This document shows positions 33,520 through 35,204 of a stretch of 35,204 bases of DNA, in pieces. Position numbers and translations under genes: made by a program. The notes under the pieces are model-generated. The model did not search any database and was not told the DNA's origin. It was given only the letters and a program-made list of their open reading frames with translations. Numbering within the stretch: the stretch's first letter is position 1; every line of letters begins with the position of its first letter. The stretch is from Candidatus Thalassarchaeaceae archaeon (GTDB lineage: Archaea; Thermoplasmatota; Poseidoniia; Poseidoniales; Thalassarchaeaceae). The stretch covers positions 1 to 35,204 of the forward strand of contig JASLJW010000049.1 of NCBI GenBank assembly GCA_030747885.1. The letters run 5' to 3'.

Positions 33520-33726
33520 ATGTCGTACATCATGGAAGAAGAGAATACAACCTCTCCTTCTACTCGTCGAAAGATAGATTCTATGGTAAGAGATCTTGAT
33601 TCGATAGTACGTTTACTTCAACAGGCTTCTTTAGAACAAGTTAAGTTAGACGTAGTAGAAATTGAGAATAGAATTGATACCATGGAAGAACAGTTGGGTT
33701 CCCCTACAGAAAACCCTAACGAATGA
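33520..33726 (+). CDS. Small hypothetical coiled-coil protein (64-68 aa)
   Basis: ATG at 33520 or 33532. 'IDSMVRDLDSIVRLLQQASLEQVKLDVVEIENRIDTMEEQL' has a heptad-like pattern. I recognise no family. The 3' end overlaps the convergent hjc by 11 nt. It could be a non-coding shadow ORF. Confidence 0.3.
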   Translation: MSYIMEEENTTSPSTRRKIDSMVRDLDSIVRLLQQASLEQVKLDVVEIENRIDTMEEQLGSPTENPNE

Positions 33727-34345
33727 AACCCTTCATCCAGATAGGTGTTTCTGGTTCTAATTCACAACTTTCAATTTGAGATGAAGATCGTTCTTGTATT
33801 GAATCGAATGTTGGTTTTCTCTTTCCCGTTTCCTTGCAAACCAATGCTAGGAATCGATGGAGTGGCATTCCTTGATCCCAGATTAGATGTGGATTCCCAT
33901 TACTAGTCAATGGACATGAAGGAATTCTTCGAGCCAAAATGGATAGCCTACCTTCCAATTCACCACAATCAATTCTAAAGATCCTCCATGAATCACCTCT
34001 AACTCCTTTGAGTCGATATGCGTATAGAGGCATTAATCCACATCTTTTACCTACGTCCTCAAGTGCAGAATATTGGTCTGCTAATCGTCCATTAAGATAC
34101 AATTTTTTTTCTTTACTTGATTTGACTTCTATTGGAAAACAAATATCTCCACGTAGTGCAAGAAGATCACCACTCCCTTCGATTCCACTTCCTGCTGCTC
34201 TCACAACCAAAAACGGTCTTTCAATTACAAGCCGAGCCTGGGCCCTTTCTGATTCTGTACAGGAACGAGTCACTGCCCGGACACCTTCAGGGATGCCAGC
34301 TAGTACATGACGAAGCTCTCGTTCGTATTGGGCTCCCTGCACCAT
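33716..34345 (-). CDS. hjc: Holliday-junction resolvase Hjc (archaeal endonuclease fold), expanded form
   Basis: 'QGAQYERELRHVLAG', 'FLVVRAAGSG', 'GDLLALRGDICFPIEVKSSKEKKLYL' parallel Pyrococcus Hjc 'KGAQAEREL..L', 'FAVVRSAGS', 'VDLVA....L.IEVK'. This gives the E...D...E-x-K motif. The ORF has a ~27-aa insert and a ~70-aa C-terminal extension (209 aa against roughly 120-140). Confidence 0.72.
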   Translation of the reverse strand: MVQGAQYERELRHVLAGIPEGVRAVTRSCTESERAQARLVIERPFLVVRAAGSGIEGSGDLLALRGDICFPIEVKSSKEKKLYLNGRLADQYSALEDVGKRCGLMPLYAYRLKGVRGDSWRIFRIDCGELEGRLSILARRIPSCPLTSNGNPHLIWDQGMPLHRFLALVCKETGKRKPTFDSIQERSSSQIESCELEPETPIWMKGFIR

Positions 34346-34410
34346 CGTTCGACGCGTAATGTTCCAAGCCTAATCTCTTCGGTCCTAAAGGGGTAGTTTG
34401 AGTGCATTTA

Positions 34411-34469
34411 TTCAATGTTTGAAACCCCTCCGAATACGTTTTTTGAACCCCGACATTCAAAACCCTCGC
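34411..34469. repeat. Three copies of a TT(G/C)AA(A)(A)CCC(C) motif plus short dyads in the hjc / RNase-H-fold divergent intergenic region
   Basis: 'TTGAAACCCC' at 34419-28, 'TTGAACCCC' at 34443-51, 'TTCAAAACCC' at 34456-65. Dyads are 'TTCAAtgtTTGAA' (34411-23) and 'TTTTGAA...TTCAAAA' (34441-47 / 34456-62). There is also a 6-bp inverted repeat, AGGGGT (34389-94) with ACCCCT (34424-29). Confidence 0.6.
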
Positions 34470-34619
34470 GTGTGCACTTGATATCACGTGGGATACATCG
34501 CTGTACGCACTGCTGATTTCCGTCTTGCATATCATTTGTTATCTGAGTTGAAGAGACGAGAAATTCGTTGCATCCAAATTCTTCCTTCAGATTTAGTTCC
34601 TTCAGATGTTACGGCATGG

Positions 34620-35204
34620 ATGGGAACTCCTAGTGAAGTAGTTTTGAGTGGAGATTCTCGAGGAATATCTGCGACATTGGATACATTTCAGCATTCGGTA
34701 GAGCAGGCAGTCCATCGTTTGAGTCATCAAGGTACCATTAGGATACTTACATTCGGAGTAGATCCAGGACCTAGACCTGGTATTGCATGGGTGGGGGACG
34801 GTCTATTTCTTGGCAAAGCTCAACTTGAGGGAGTTGATGATGCTGTGAATAGGATTTTCAATATTGCACAAGCAATAGAACATAAGTCGTTGATTATTCG
34901 GGTAGGAAATGGTTCGAAGACAATTGCAAATAGAATCATTAACACCTGTATTGCTAGAGGTTTATTGGTTCAGAAGGTCGATGAATCTAGAACTTCTGTT
35001 GGCGTACCTCGGCATGCTCATTCTTCTGCCGCATTACGAATTGCTCAACTCCCTGGAAATGATGTCAAAGAAAAGCAAAGAGTTCGTCCTACAAATGGTG
35101 AGATTCGAGATATTCAACGGAGAAGTAGAAAAGAATCCGGGGGGAGAGCAACAATTCCTAGCAATCTTGCTCGAGCGGTTGCAGTTGGTCAATTAACGAT
35201 AAAT
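34620..35204 (+). CDS. Hypothetical RNase-H-fold (RuvC/YqgF-like) protein; the 3' end lies outside the window
   Basis: This ORF is not in the supplied track because it has no stop in the window. The frame is open from 34482 to 35204. Possible starts are GTG 34488, TTG 34536, TTG 34548 and ATG 34620. 'ILTFGVDPGPRPGIAWVGDG', 'LIIRVGNGSKT' and 'VQKVDESRTSV' resemble the D.G..R.G.A / VVG.P / DER.T blocks of YqgF/RuvX. Confidence 0.45.
   Translation, partial: MGTPSEVVLSGDSRGISATLDTFQHSVEQAVHRLSHQGTIRILTFGVDPGPRPGIAWVGDGLFLGKAQLEGVDDAVNRIFNIAQAIEHKSLIIRVGNGSKTIANRIINTCIARGLLVQKVDESRTSVGVPRHAHSSAALRIAQLPGNDVKEKQRVRPTNGEIRDIQRRSRKESGGRATIPSNLARAVAVGQLTIN

Noticed and set aside
34346-34547. Possible tRNA, C/D-box sRNA or replication origin (ORB-like dyad plus C/G-string) in the long hjc-proximal intergenic region.
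   Set aside because: There is no GTTCRAATC-type T-loop with a complementary stem on either strand. There is no RUGAUGA C box. No orc1/cdc6 gene lies nearby, there is no extended AT-rich unwinding element, and the motif does not match ORB consensus sequences as I remember them. I kept it only as an unexplained repeat set.
34909-35196. Track ORF of 95 aa at the window end.
   Set aside because: A different frame (codons starting at 34482/34620) is open for more than 195 codons to the window end and carries RNase-H-fold-like motifs. The 95-aa ORF is its out-of-frame shadow.
1-35204. I looked for CRISPR arrays, transposases/integrases, toxin-antitoxin pairs and known defence-system genes.
   Set aside because: No regularly spaced direct repeats were seen. 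No ORF has recognisable DDE, tyrosine or serine recombinase, Cas, restriction-modification, or STAND/AAA defence motifs. All large ORFs are accounted for by housekeeping or envelope functions.

Overview
This is a gene-dense chromosomal window with about 27 CDS and almost no non-coding DNA. It appears to come from a moderately AT-rich archaeon; a marine heterotrophic Thermoplasmatota / Marine-Group-II-like lineage is my inference only. Archaeal hallmark genes are present: deoxyhypusine synthase, Hjc resolvase, Sec11-type Ser/His signal peptidase, geranylgeranyl reductase, a long-type FKBP and a presenilin-type protease. They are interleaved with bacterial-type genes: UvrB, a liuB-liuC-liuD-like methylcrotonyl-CoA carboxylase operon, FolC, CcmF, UbiD/UbiA and a bacterial-type SerRS. 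Many genes have GGAGG/GGTGA Shine-Dalgarno-like sites, and TGA is used as an ordinary stop. I found no rRNA, tRNA, CRISPR array, transposase/integrase or recognisable defence genes. There is no clear-cut novel multi-gene system. The most unusual content is a cell-envelope processing neighbourhood at about 20.3-33.5 kb. It contains a presenilin-type intramembrane protease with a ~365-aa ectodomain inserted between TM3 and TM4. It also contains a 1673-aa type-I surface protein (signal peptide, CARDB-like module, one C-terminal TM, poly-Asp tail). Next to that protein lie a signal peptidase I and an M50 site-2 protease whose 3' ends overlap by 57 nt. Other second-look items:
- an MCC alpha subunit split by a single in-frame TGA
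- a UbiD(long)-UbiA-SDR / GGR / CcmF respiratory-cofactor cluster
- an FKBP with a C-terminal SAP motif
- an expanded Hjc placed head-to-head with a RuvC/YqgF-like ORF across the only sizeable intergenic region, which carries a triple TTSAA-CCC motif
All functional calls come from motif recognition by eye; no database search was run.
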